Shown here: piece by piece, positions 32,569 through 48,737 of the stretch
Numbering within the stretch: the first letter of the stretch is position 1
How the letters are laid out: each line of letters starts with the position of its first letter
NCBI GenBank assembly: GCA_963746455.1
Contig: CAVVBA010000004.1
Location: 60,631-124,630, forward strand
Origin: Vulcanimicrobiota bacterium
Lineage (GTDB): Bacteria > Vulcanimicrobiota > Vulcanimicrobiia > Vulcanimicrobiales > Vulcanimicrobiaceae
DNA length: 64,000 bases
Direction of reading: 5' to 3'
The notes under the pieces: model-generated
What the model was told of the DNA's origin: nothing
Database searches by the model: none
What the model saw: the letters and a program-made list of their open reading frames with translations, nothing else
Made by a program: the position numbers and the translations under genes

Positions 32569-35557
32569 ATGGCACGATTACTTGTGGTTGAAGACAGCGC
32601 GACGCAGGCCGAGCAACTTCGCTCGATCCTCGAAGCGGAGAGTTGGGAGGTCGTCGTCGCACCGGACGGCCTTGCAGCACTTGACATCCTCAAAGACGAT
32701 GCGATCGACCTCGTCATCTCCGACATCGTCATGCCCAAGATGTCCGGATACGAGCTTTGCAGCAAGATCAAAGCCGGCCGAAGCGACGCGTGATATCCCC
32801 GTCATGCTCGTCTCGTCGCTCAGCGAAGCCATGGACGTCATCCGCGGTCTTGAAGCCGGAGCCGACAACTTCCTGACCAAACCGTACGACGAACACCATC
32901 TCGTCGGTCGCGTACGGGCGATCCTGGACAATCGCGCAATTCGTTTAGGCCGGAAGCTGTCCGTCGGCATCGAGGTCGTCTTCCTCGGTAAGCGCTTCAC
33001 GATTACGTCGGAAAAAGAGCAGATTCTCGATCTGCTCATGTCGACGTTCGAAGACACCGTTCGTGCGAATCGCGAGCTGCAGAAACACCGTTCGGAGCTC
33101 GGCGCAGCAAAGGAGAAGCTCGAAGAATACGCGCTTGCTCCTCGAGAGCCGCGTTCACGTCTCAGAAGAGAAGTACGCGACGCTTTTGGAAAACGCAAGC
33201 AGCGGAATCTTGCTCTGCGACAAAGAGGGCGTGATCCGCGAAGCCAATCGTGAAGCCGGCAAGATCGCCGGACGTCCGCACAATAAGCTCGTCGGCGCGA
33301 AGCTTGTCGACTTGGCCCCGCAACTCATGGGCGAAGACGGCGCGACCTGGAAGCAGCTGCTTCGGGACGGAAGCGGACATCTGCACACGGTCGCGGTTCC
33401 GCCGCGACGACGGGTCGCGGCTATGGATCGACATCACTGCCTCGCTCATCACGATCGACGACGTCGAATGCGTCCAGGTAATCTGGCACGACGTCACCGA
33501 GCGTAAGATGCTCGAGGACCGTTTGCGCCGCTCGCAGCGCATGCGCTACGCGTTGCTCTCCGAGAACACGCGCGAGCTGATCCTCTTCATCGACAATGAG
33601 ACGCATCAGATCGTCGAGGCGAACGCGGCCGCAGTTGAAGCCTACGGCTACACGCGCGACGAGCTGCTCAGCATGAAAATCGAGCAAATCCGCGCACCCG
33701 AAGTCCACGAGCAGATTCAGTCGCTCTTTCCGCGCGTGCCGGAGGGATTTACCGCGGAAACGGTCGCGTTGCGCAAAGACGGCTCGACGTTCCCGATCGA
33801 GATCTACGTTCGGTCCGGCGAAGTCGACGGCCGGAGCGTCAGCCTTTCGGTGGGCCGCGACATCACCGAGCGTCGCGAGAACATGCGCGATTTGCGTACG
33901 GCCCTCGAACAAGCATTGCAAGCCAATAAACTGAAATCCGAGTTCGTCGCGACGGTCAGCCACGAGATCCGTACGCCGCTCAACGGCATCGTCGGCATGT
34001 CAGAGCTGCTGCAGCGGACGAAACTCGATGCCGATCAGTCCGAAAGCGCGCGAACGATTCACGATTCGTCGCTGGCGTTGCTCAAGATCATCAACGACAT
34101 CCTCGACTTCTCGAAGCTCGAGTCGGGCCGCGCGCAGCTCGAGGTCGTCGAATTCGAGCTCGAACCGGTCGTCAACAGCGTCGTCGAGCTGATCGGTCGC
34201 GCGATCAAGCGCGAATCGCTGACGCTCATGACGTACATCGCTCCGGGCGTTCCCGGCTCGTTCCGCGGCGATCCCGGGCGTTTGCGTCAGGTGCTGATGA
34301 ATCTGGTCGGTAATGCCGTCAAGTTCACGGAGTCGGGACACATCTTGCTCTCCGTGCAGCTGGGCGAGAAACTTGCCGACGGCCGTGCGATGCTGCGCGT
34401 CAGCGTCGCGGATACCGGGATCGGCATGGACGAGGAAACGCAGAGGAAACTCTTCACGCCCTTCGTGCAAGGCGATGCATCGACGACGCGCCGCTTCGGC
34501 GGAACGGGTCTGGGTCTGTCGATCTGCAAAGCCTACGTCGAGCTGATGAACGGCGACATTCATCTCGAGAGTGCGCCGGGCGAAGGAACGACGGTCACGT
34601 TTACGGTCATGTTGGAGGTCGCATCGGAACGACGCAATCGCTGCGCATCCGGGGATACTCGCCGGATTGCGACTGCTCGTCGTCGATGAAGACGAAGACA
34701 CGCGTACGATGCTGCGGCGCTACGCCGAGGATTGGGAGATGAAAGTCGTCGCGACGTCGGATGGCGGCGCGGCGCTCGAAACGTTGCGGAAAGGCGGGGC
34801 GCGATCTCGAACCGTTCGACGTTGCGATCGTCGGTTCGCTCAAAGGTTCGATCAACGAGCTCGGTTTGGGTTACGAGATCAAGCGTGACGCCCATGATCG
34901 CGTCGACGCGATCTCATGATGCTGACGTTCACCGACGTCGAAGAGCCGTCCAAAGGCGTCAAAGCCTACGGGTTCGAGACGTATCTCACGAAGCCGCTCG
35001 TGCAGTCACACGTCTACGACCGGCTCGTGACGATGTTCGCGAAGAAGAACGGCGCCGTCGAACCGGTTGCAGACGCATAAGGATACGAGCGAGATCGTTC
35101 CGCTCGAAAGTCCGCTGCGCGTTCTGGTCGCGGAAGACAATGCGCTCAATCGGCGCGTTGCGGAGCGGCAGCTCTCGATGTTGGGCTGTCAGGTTGCGAT
35201 GGTCGAGAACGGAACCGAAGTGCTTGCGATCCTCGAGAAGGAGATGTTCGACGTCGTTCTCATGGATTGCAACATGCCGGTGATGGACGGCTTCGAAGCA
35301 ACGCGCGCGATTCGGGAAGCTCGAACACGCCGGCTTGCGTTCACGCAGTCTCGATCGTCGCGATGACGGCGAACGCAACGCAAGAGGATCGCGACCGATG
35401 CTTGGCGGCCGGAATGGACGACTATGTCTCGAAACCGATCCTGATGGCTCCATTGCGTGAGGTTCTCGTCCGTGCAACCTCGCACGCTGACGCCTGCGGG
35501 AGGCGCACGTATCGAGTAATCCCACCGTCATCATCGGAGGCGGTGCCGCGGGTCTAG
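32569..35557 (+). CDS. Hybrid sensor kinase REC-PAS-PAS-HisKA-HATPase-REC-REC
   Basis: AGGGGG RBS then ATG at 32569. N-terminal REC ([17 protein letters not shown]), two PAS modules, H-box [12 protein letters not shown]2 [11 protein letters not shown], then two receiver domains (LLVVDEDED.., [25 protein letters not shown]). About 7 frame changes; 3' end uncertain between 35480 and 35557. Confidence 0.8.
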
Positions 35558-36821
35558 CTGCGGCGCGCGCTGCTTTCGCGCGCCGGTCGTCCGGCGATCC
35601 TACTCGAGGCGCGCGATCGCCTCGGCGGCAGAGCCTACACGCGGCCAGCTACAGGGGCTTGCGGCTCCGGTCGAGCTCGGCGCGGAGTATATTCACGGCA
35701 ACCCGCAGATTACGCTGGATCTTCTGCATGACGCGGGCACGACGAACATCAACGTTGCCGAGGGTAACTTCGAACGCGTCGGCAGCGCAGTGGGTCGCCG
35801 GCGTCGATCGCTTCGATCTCGCGCATCGCGATCATCGATCGTGCCGGCGACTTGCAGCACGACCTCAGCGTCGACGATTTTCTGCGCAGGATCGAAGACG
35901 AACACGATCTCGATGAAGCTGCGCGCTGGTTTCGTGTTGCTGGTCGAAGGCTATGACGCTGCGGATCCCGCGCGCGCAAGCCTGAAAGAGATCATCGTCG
36001 AGTGGACCGGCCCGACGCTAACCGGATCGACGCGTCCGCTTGGCGGCTACGGACCACTTATCGACACGCTCGTGCGCTCCTTCGATCCCGCGCGAGTCGA
36101 CATTCGCCTGCAAAGCATCGTGGAAGAGATCGCGTGGAAGCCGGGAGCCGTCGTTGTTTCGGGACGGACGCACGGCGAGCGATTTTCCATCGAAGGATCC
36201 GCCGCGATCGTGACGGTGCCGATCAAGATGCTTTCGGAGATTCGCTTCACGCCGCCGCTCGACGATGAAAAGAAGAGTGCGCTCGGATCGATCGCGATGG
36301 GTAGCGTCGTGAAAGTCGTCCTGCAGTTTCGCACGGCCTGGTGGGAAGCGCTCGATGAGAAGATCCGTGCCGCCGCGTTCTTTCACAATTTTGCTACGGA
36401 CGTTCCCGACATTTTGGACGCAGCTGCCGCTGCACGTTCCGCTGCTTGACAGCGTGGGCCGGCGGACCGAGAGCCGAGCGGCTCGAGGGACTCGGTGAGG
36501 ACGAAATCGTCCGGCGCGCGCTCGCCTCACTTGAAGCGACGTTCGGCGTACCCGCAGCCGAGATGCATTTGGAATCTGCGCTCGCGCACGATTGGGGTGC
36601 CGATCCGTTTGCGCGCGGTGCGTATAGTTACGTGCTTGTCGGAGGAACCGGCTCGCGCGAGACGCTCGCGAAGCCGATCGCGTCGACACTATTCTTCGCA
36701 GGGGAGGCGACATCGCACGACGCTTCCGGGCACGGTTTCTGGGGCGCTCGAGAGCGGCGAGCGCGCCGCGCGCGAGGCCCTTGCTCGCGCGGTAAGGCGG
36801 ACTTCTCCACAGGTCACTTGA
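35494..36821 (+). CDS. Flavin-containing amine oxidase family protein
   Basis: Dinucleotide-binding [36 protein letters not shown], and C-terminal [23 protein letters not shown]. Stitched from about 6 fragments, including 35790-36449 and 36446-37258. Start not resolved. Confidence 0.7.
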
Positions 36822-36872
36822 AATGGATCGCAAGGCACTCGGCACCGGTTGTGACGAGGGCTCCATGGGTGT

Positions 36873-38269
36873 TTGTTAATGTCAACGGTCGCTGGACGAA
36901 TCATCCGGAAAATCTGGTACGAAGGGTTCAGGACCCGAGCAAGACTCTTGCGCGAATTCGAGGCGCGTTTTCGCGGTGCGACGGATCCGCGCGAGCGCGC
37001 GCTGCTGGCCGACATCGATCGTCCCGGAGTACGTCTCGCATGGCGATGCGGCGAAGGCGCGCCGAAATCATCGACTCGCATCGTGGACGTCGACGAGCCG
37101 GACCTCGTCGCGCGCATCACAGCTTTGCGTGCGATCGTCGAAGCCATGCACGGCAACGATCCCGATCGGCCCTCTTAGAACGCGCGTTTCGACTTGCCGC
37201 CGATGGCGTCGTCGACGATCGCGCGTCGTGCATCACCGCGCGGGCATGGCATACTTGAGCGCGCGCCGATCGAACGAAGCACAGAAGCACGCGCTGCAAG
37301 GTTTTTGGCTTGCGGATTCCGACGGTGAACGTCGCCTGGCCGCTCGAGCCGCAAGCGTTCTTTACGCCGTAAACTATCATCTGACTGGAGACATGCATTC
37401 CGCGCGCTATTACGCTGAGCTTGCCGCGGTAGAAGCGACGGCCGCAGGCGAAAAGGCGATTCGCCGACTGTTCCTGTGCGTGCAGCTCGATTTCGCGGTA
37501 TCGTTCGGCGAGTGGGATCGGGCTGGCTCGCTCGTCGATCTATTGCGCCGTGAGAAGCTGGTACGACGCCTATTCCGGAGCGCGCAGACGGCGCAAGTAG
37601 CGATAGTCGTACTGGCAGGGACATTCGGGAGACTTTACGTCGATGAAAGGCGCGGTCGATACGTTTCTCGAGTCGGCGAGTAAACGCCGACTACGCGCTT
37701 GGCCACGCGCCATGTCTGCTCGCGTACTGGCCGGTGCCGGCATCGATGACGAAGCTGGTATGGCGGCGCGACGAGCGCTCGGATTAGCCGTGAACACGCC
37801 GATTCGGAGTTGTACTTTCATTCGGTGCCGCCGGCGTCTTGCGGCTGTAATCGGCGCTTACGTCTGCGTACTCATCGGCGACGTCCATCGGGGCACCGGG
37901 CACTCGAGACGCGAACAAAGTCGCCCGGTGATGTCGGTTCATTTGCTCGCGCGCTGCTTGGTCGGCTGCGTGGCCAGAATGTCGATTCGGCGGATCCGGC
38001 ACTTGCAAACGTTCGCGGCTTGGTGGAGTTGCTCGGGCGATGAAGCGTGCGCGGCTCGATCGCGTTCAGCGAATTCCGGAACGGTGCGTAGCCTGACACA
38101 TACGGAGTTGACCCTGCTTCGTGCAACCGCGACCGGCAAAACGAACGGCGAAATCGCGAAGGAGCGCGGCGTAACGCGCAATGCCGTCGAGCGCCGGCTC
38201 ATGAGCGCGTACGAGAAGTTGGGTGTCAAAAACCGAACCGAAGCAATAGCAAAATTGGCCGAAATCTAG
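36873..38269 (+). CDS. LuxR-family transcriptional regulator with long N-terminal helical domain
   Basis: Fragments 36873-37178, 36976-37683 and 37643-38269. C-terminal HTH LTHTELTLLRATATGKTNGEIAKERGVTRNAVERRLMSAYEKLGVKNRTEAI. It could be two genes rather than one. Confidence 0.55.
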
Positions 38270-38546
38270 GCCCAATGCCGCTTCGCGCCGCAGCGTCAGT
38301 AGCTCCTGATCACGCCTGGAGCTCGTTCTTGACATCATGCCCTCACAACCCACACTTGTGAGGTACATCAATGGTCGCTCTAATTGGCTTCTTATATGCT
38401 TTTCATGCACTCGTTTTCGATCGTCGGTCCACGGCGTGCGGCATATCATGGAATGCATCGGACCGGTGACGCCGATCTGCTAACGTTGCAAAATCACACC
38501 TTTCTCGCTTCTGGCGTCGTCGGCGTTCGGCGAAGCGCTACTCTTC

Positions 38547-38753
38547 TTAGCCATGAACAGCCCGATCCGGATAACGGATCGCCGTATTGCGCTGGTACGC
38601 GAGCTTTCTCGCGTAGAGATTCGACGCGAGCTCGGTCTGGAACACGAGCAGCACGTTCCGCAGCGTCTGCTTGCGCGAGAGCGCGAGAACGTTCTGACCG
38701 AGCTCCGTCGAGCCGCTGCGTTCGGGACGACGGTTGCCATTCAGCGTCTTCAT
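38547..38753 (-). CDS. Hypothetical small protein (68 aa), weak call
   Basis: GC3 counted by hand is ~78% for this frame against ~67% for the antisense ORF 38553-38798. Composition is not Arg-rich. No SD and no family recognised. Confidence 0.3.
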   Translation of the reverse strand: MKTLNGNRRPERSGSTELGQNVLALSRKQTLRNVLLVFQTELASNLYARKLAYQRNTAIRYPDRAVHG

Positions 38754-38852
38754 GCCGGCGCGGTCGTTCCGCGGACGGTCGGCGGGACGGCGGCATGAAC
38801 GGCCGCCTCCTAGGCGAACGTTGTTCGGCGAGGGGAACGCATAACGCCGAAG

Positions 38853-39199
38853 GTTCTTAGTCTCGATCAGCTACGGTCGCTGTTCGCGGATGATCCCGAA
38901 AATTTACGTGCCTTGGTCCTCGAGGCCGTGGAGAACAGCGCGGGACTGATCGATCGCTTGGAGTCGCTTTGCGATGCGCGCAGCGACGATGCGAGCAAAG
39001 GTTCTCCACGAGCTCAAGGGGCTCACGCGGACGGTCGGAGCCGAAGAGCTCGGCGATCTTAGCGAGCGAGCGGAAGGATGGGCGCGCTCGGGGCAGTGGG
39101 ACGAGCTGGCCCAAGGCTCTGGGCGCGCTTCGCGCTGCCCATGAACGTTTCGCAAAGGCGGCTGCCGCTCTAGGGGACGATGTAACCGGAAGTGAATAG
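38853..39199 (+). CDS. Hpt (histidine phosphotransfer) domain protein
   Basis: Three frames read LSLDQLRSLFADDPENLRALVLEAVE.., then KVLHELKGLTRTVGAEELGDL (HxxKG phospho-His motif), then ALGALRAAHERFAKAAAAL ending at 39199. Start codon not resolved. Confidence 0.6.
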
Positions 39200-40256
39200 G
39201 CCCGTCTCGATGGGCACGGTCGTCGTCATTGCGGACAACACGGCAAACTTGCATGCATATGAGTATAATCTCAAGCAGCTTTCTGATGTGCAGGTTTTGA
39301 CGTTTGCTTCACCGGCGACGGCGGTCAAACAAGCCGGCGGTCTCGATTCCGACGTTTTGGTCGTCGATTTCCGCATGCCGGATGTGCGAAGTTTGGATTT
39401 CGTCGATCAATTTCGCCGACGCGCGCGTGGCGACGTTCCGGTCGTTATCGTAACCGATGCCGACGAGAACGAGCTGCGCATTCACGCCTTGCGCATCGGC
39501 ATCGACGACGTCGTCAAGAAGCCGATCGATGCACTGGTGCTGGCCGAGCGCGTGCAGAAAATGCTCAAGCTTCGCGCACGTAGCCGCAAGCTCGCTGACA
39601 AGGCGGCGGCACTCGAGGAAGAAGTCGCGCGCTCGACTCGCAACATCCGTCAACGCGAGCTCGAGACGATTCACCGCTTGACGCGCGCCGCGCAACATCG
39701 CGCCAAAGAAAGCCGCAATCACGTCGTGCGCATGGGGCACTACGCGCACATCCTGGCGAAGGCGTACGGCACCGACCTCAATACGCAGGAGCTGATTTTC
39801 CGCGCGGCCCCGATGTACGACATCGGCAAAGTCGCCGTCTCCGATCGCATTCTGCTCAAGCGCGGTCCGCTCTCGCCGGCCGAACGTGAGATCATCAAGA
39901 CGCACACGACCGCCGGTCACGACATCTTACGCGATAGCGAGTCGCCGCTTATTCAGCTTGCCGGCCAGATCGCGCTCTCGCATCACGAGAAATACGACGG
40001 GACCGGTTATCCCGACGGGCTGTCACGCGAAGAGATTCCGCTCGCGGCGCGCATCTGTGCGATCGGCGACGTCTTCGATGCGCTGTTGGCGACGCGTCCG
40101 TACAAGGCGCCGTGGTCGCTGCCCGACACGATTCAGACGCTGCGGCGCGGCCGGGGCTCGCAGTTCGATCCGCATTTGCTCGACGCGTTCTTGGACATGA
40201 TGCCGAAGATCCAAGAGATCCGTAACGAGTTCCCGGACAACGAAGTAGCCGCCTAG
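39192..40256 (+). CDS. Response regulator with HD-GYP c-di-GMP phosphodiesterase domain (RpfG-like)
   Basis: Intact 354-aa ORF (alternative ATG at 39210). REC (VLVVDFRMPD), then HD-GYP (MYDIGKVAV, HHEKYDGTGYPDGL). Confidence 0.85.
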   Translation: MNRPVSMGTVVVIADNTANLHAYEYNLKQLSDVQVLTFASPATAVKQAGGLDSDVLVVDFRMPDVRSLDFVDQFRRRARGDVPVVIVTDADENELRIHALRIGIDDVVKKPIDALVLAERVQKMLKLRARSRKLADKAAALEEEVARSTRNIRQRELETIHRLTRAAQHRAKESRNHVVRMGHYAHILAKAYGTDLNTQELIFRAAPMYDIGKVAVSDRILLKRGPLSPAEREIIKTHTTAGHDILRDSESPLIQLAGQIALSHHEKYDGTGYPDGLSREEIPLAARICAIGDVFDALLATRPYKAPWSLPDTIQTLRRGRGSQFDPHLLDAFLDMMPKIQEIRNEFPDNEVAA

Positions 40257-40257
40257 T

Positions 40258-41093
40258 CTATCGAATGCGGCGGTGAATCTGTTCGTTCTGCGAGACGCGC
40301 TCGAAGCAGCGCTGATTCGGCGCAAGGCGAATCGATTCGCTCGGTCCGAGGACGAGATAACCGCCGCGAGTGAGCGAGTCGAAAATAACCTGGTGCGCGC
40401 GATAAGCGAGTGCCTTGTTGTATTGCGGCAGCATCTCGCGGCACAAGACCAAGTGAAATTCGTTGAACGATCCATCCGAGACGAGGCTGTGCGTCGAAAA
40501 GACGATGTTCCCGCGCAAGGCGGGATCCATCGTGGGCGAGTCGCCCTCGAACGAGATGTAATCCTCGAGCGTCGATTTTCCGCCGGCTTCGCGATAACGT
40601 CGAAACGCGCCGTCGAGCGTTTCGGCGTGAATCTTGCCTTCTTTGGCGCAGGTGATCGCGGTCCCGGATAGATCGGTGGCATAAATCCGTGCGCGCCGGG
40701 CGAGGCCTTCCTCGCGCAAGAGAATCGCAAGGGAATACGCTTCCTCGCCGCGGCCACATCCGACGACCCATGTGCGTATGAGCGGAAACGTCCGCAACAT
40801 CGGCATTATCGTCGCGCGCAGCTCAGCGAATAACGAAGGCTCGTCGAAGAGCTCGCTCGAGCGCGAGCTCAGGCCGAAAACGAACCGATCAAGAGCTTCG
40901 CCATCGTGCAAAATGCGTTCTTGCAGAGCGGAGATCGTTTGCATGCCCTCCGCCCGCATTCGCTCGGCCACCCGGCGCTTGACGAATGCGGGCGCGTAGT
41001 CACGGAAATCGTAGCCGGAGAATCGATTGACGCCTTCGAGAAGAAGCTGCAGCTCGATTTCGGCTACCGAGACGCTGCTCGGGAGCGGTACGA

Positions 41094-41097
<4 letters not shown>
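40258..41097 (-). CDS. CheR-type SAM-dependent protein-glutamate methyltransferase (stand-alone)
   Basis: GTG at 41097 overlaps the TGA of the upstream kinase (GTGA). In-frame part of ORF 40258-41523. Reads [38 protein letters not shown]. Confidence 0.8.
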
Positions 41098-46889
<5,792 letters not shown>

Positions 46890-47074
46890 TCCGTGAAGTC
46901 AGAAAGGAGGCGTGGTCCCATGGGGGAAGCGCACACCTCGCACTGGCCAGTTTGCCCGCAAAATACCCGAAATCGGGAGCATTTAAACGTTAGCTAAGCG
47001 GTCGCAGCGACGAGGAGGCGTTTGGCGGTTTCCTCGCGTGGGCAAAACTGCGACATACCTTCAGGGGTACTCGT

Positions 47075-48616
47075 TTGCGTTCTACCAATGCGCTCGCCGT
47101 GACCGATGACGATCTTCTGACGCAGTCGGTTGGAGGGGTTCTCGAACTCCTATCGTCGGCGAGCCGCCTTCTATTGCCGGCAGAGGACGTCGTTAGCGCT
47201 TTGCCGGTTCTGGCGCAACTGCTCGTTCCGGCATGGGTCGACGGGTGCACGATCGGACTCGCCGGCGACGGGGGCGAAGTTCGCATCGCGGCGTCGGTCG
47301 GCCAAGCCCCGAGCGACGCGGCCCTGAAACGGCGCCTTCCCCATCCGCCGATCACATCGCTCGAAAGCGAAGGCGGCTGGACCCTCGAGGTCGCGATCAG
47401 CGGACGCGCCGCTCCATACGGGTTCATGTGGCTGGCGGGAAGCGGTGAGGCGCCATCGCGTCTCCTAAGTGGTCTGGCTGAAGAGCTGGCCGTGCGGATC
47501 GCGATCGGCATCGATACGGCGCAGGCCATCGCGCGCGAGCATCATGTCGCGGAGACGCTGCAACGTGCACTCTTACCGGAAATACTCCCCGGCAACGGAT
47601 CGGCGATCATCGACGCGTCGTACCGCCCGGCTGCCGGCGAGTCGATCGTAGGCGGCGATTGGTATGACGCCTTCGAGCTTCCGGACGGTCGGATCGGAAT
47701 ATCGATCGGTGACGTCGCAGGGCACGGCCTTTCGGCAGCGGTCGTGATGGGCGAAGCCCGACAAGCCGTCCGCGCCTCAACCTACGACGCGCGCTCTCCG
47801 GGCGAGGTGCTCAGCCGCGCCAACCAGATGCTGCACTCGATCCCGATGATGGTGACGGCGCTGGTCGGCATCTTCGATCCGCGCACGTCGATCTTCACCT
47901 ACGCGAGCGCCGGCCACCCGCCGCCGCTCGTCATCACTCCCGACGGCCATGCGTTCATGCTCCCGAACGGTGATTTGCCGCTGGGTGTCGTCGACGATTT
48001 AGCACCCGCGCATTGGACGTTTACGCTCGCGCCGGGAACGTTGCTCGTGTTGTATACGGACGGCATCGTCGAGTTCGAGCGCGACGTCTTTTTCGGTGAG
48101 TCCGCGTTGATTCGCGCATCGATCGACGAGCTGGCCGAGCTTTCCGCGCATCCGGCTAGATCGGTGCAAGACCGCGTCTTCGGATCGAAGCAAAATGCCG
48201 ACGACGTCGCGACGATGACCTTATACGTTCCGCCGCGACCACTCGAGATCTTCGATTGTGTATTCTCCGCCGTCCCGTTTGCGGCGCCGTTCGTGCGGCG
48301 CGGTCTCGAGCGTTTTCTGATCGATCACGGTGTCGGTAACGATCATCGCTTCGCGGTCATCACGGCGGTCGGCGAAGCGGTCGCCAACGCTGTCGAGCAC
48401 GCATACGCCGACGTGCCTGGGACCGTGCATTTGTGCGTTCGATTCGAAGACTCGATCGTGCGCGTTCACATCGAAGATTGCGGCCGCTGGCGTCCCGCCA
48501 CGAAAGAAGAAGAGCGCGGACGCGGGATTCCGCTCATGCGTGCGTTGATGGATCGCGTTGAGATACGGACTGACAGTGCGAGCACGCAGATTCGCATGCA
48601 AATGCAAACGGCATAA
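47075..48616 (+). CDS. PP2C (SpoIIE/RsbU-type) phosphatase fused to C-terminal RsbW/SpoIIAB-like HATPase domain
   Basis: Intact 513-aa ORF (TTG start). N-terminal GAF-like region, PP2C core GGDWYDAF..SIGDVAGHG..LYTDG, and C-terminal GEAVANAVEHAY..RGRGIPLMRALMD. Confidence 0.8.
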   Translation: MRSTNALAVTDDDLLTQSVGGVLELLSSASRLLLPAEDVVSALPVLAQLLVPAWVDGCTIGLAGDGGEVRIAASVGQAPSDAALKRRLPHPPITSLESEGGWTLEVAISGRAAPYGFMWLAGSGEAPSRLLSGLAEELAVRIAIGIDTAQAIAREHHVAETLQRALLPEILPGNGSAIIDASYRPAAGESIVGGDWYDAFELPDGRIGISIGDVAGHGLSAAVVMGEARQAVRASTYDARSPGEVLSRANQMLHSIPMMVTALVGIFDPRTSIFTYASAGHPPPLVITPDGHAFMLPNGDLPLGVVDDLAPAHWTFTLAPGTLLVLYTDGIVEFERDVFFGESALIRASIDELAELSAHPARSVQDRVFGSKQNADDVATMTLYVPPRPLEIFDCVFSAVPFAAPFVRRGLERFLIDHGVGNDHRFAVITAVGEAVANAVEHAYADVPGTVHLCVRFEDSIVRVHIEDCGRWRPATKEEERGRGIPLMRALMDRVEIRTDSASTQIRMQMQTA

Positions 48617-48737
48617 AATCCGGTTTCGGTGGCGGTTCTTAGGGAAGAATCGGGGTGGATCGCTCCGCGATCCCAACCCGAAAAAGCATCACACACCCTC
48701 AAAGCGCGGCGGGCCGGATCGATATTCGGTCCGTCGT

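Noticed and set aside
38553-38798. 81-aa plus-strand ORF (MNSPIRITDRR...)
   Set aside because: Its hand-counted GC3 (~67%) is lower than that of the antisense ORF (~78%) and of typical genes here. It is Arg-rich and has no SD, so it was kept only as an alternative in the finding for this spacer.
48657-48673. Hairpin GGATCGC-TCC-GCGATCC between the convergent PP2C and STAS genes, considered as an intrinsic terminator
   Set aside because: The stem is short. It is followed by an A-run on the plus strand and only a weak T-content on the minus strand, so it does not meet the usual stem-plus-U-tract criteria.
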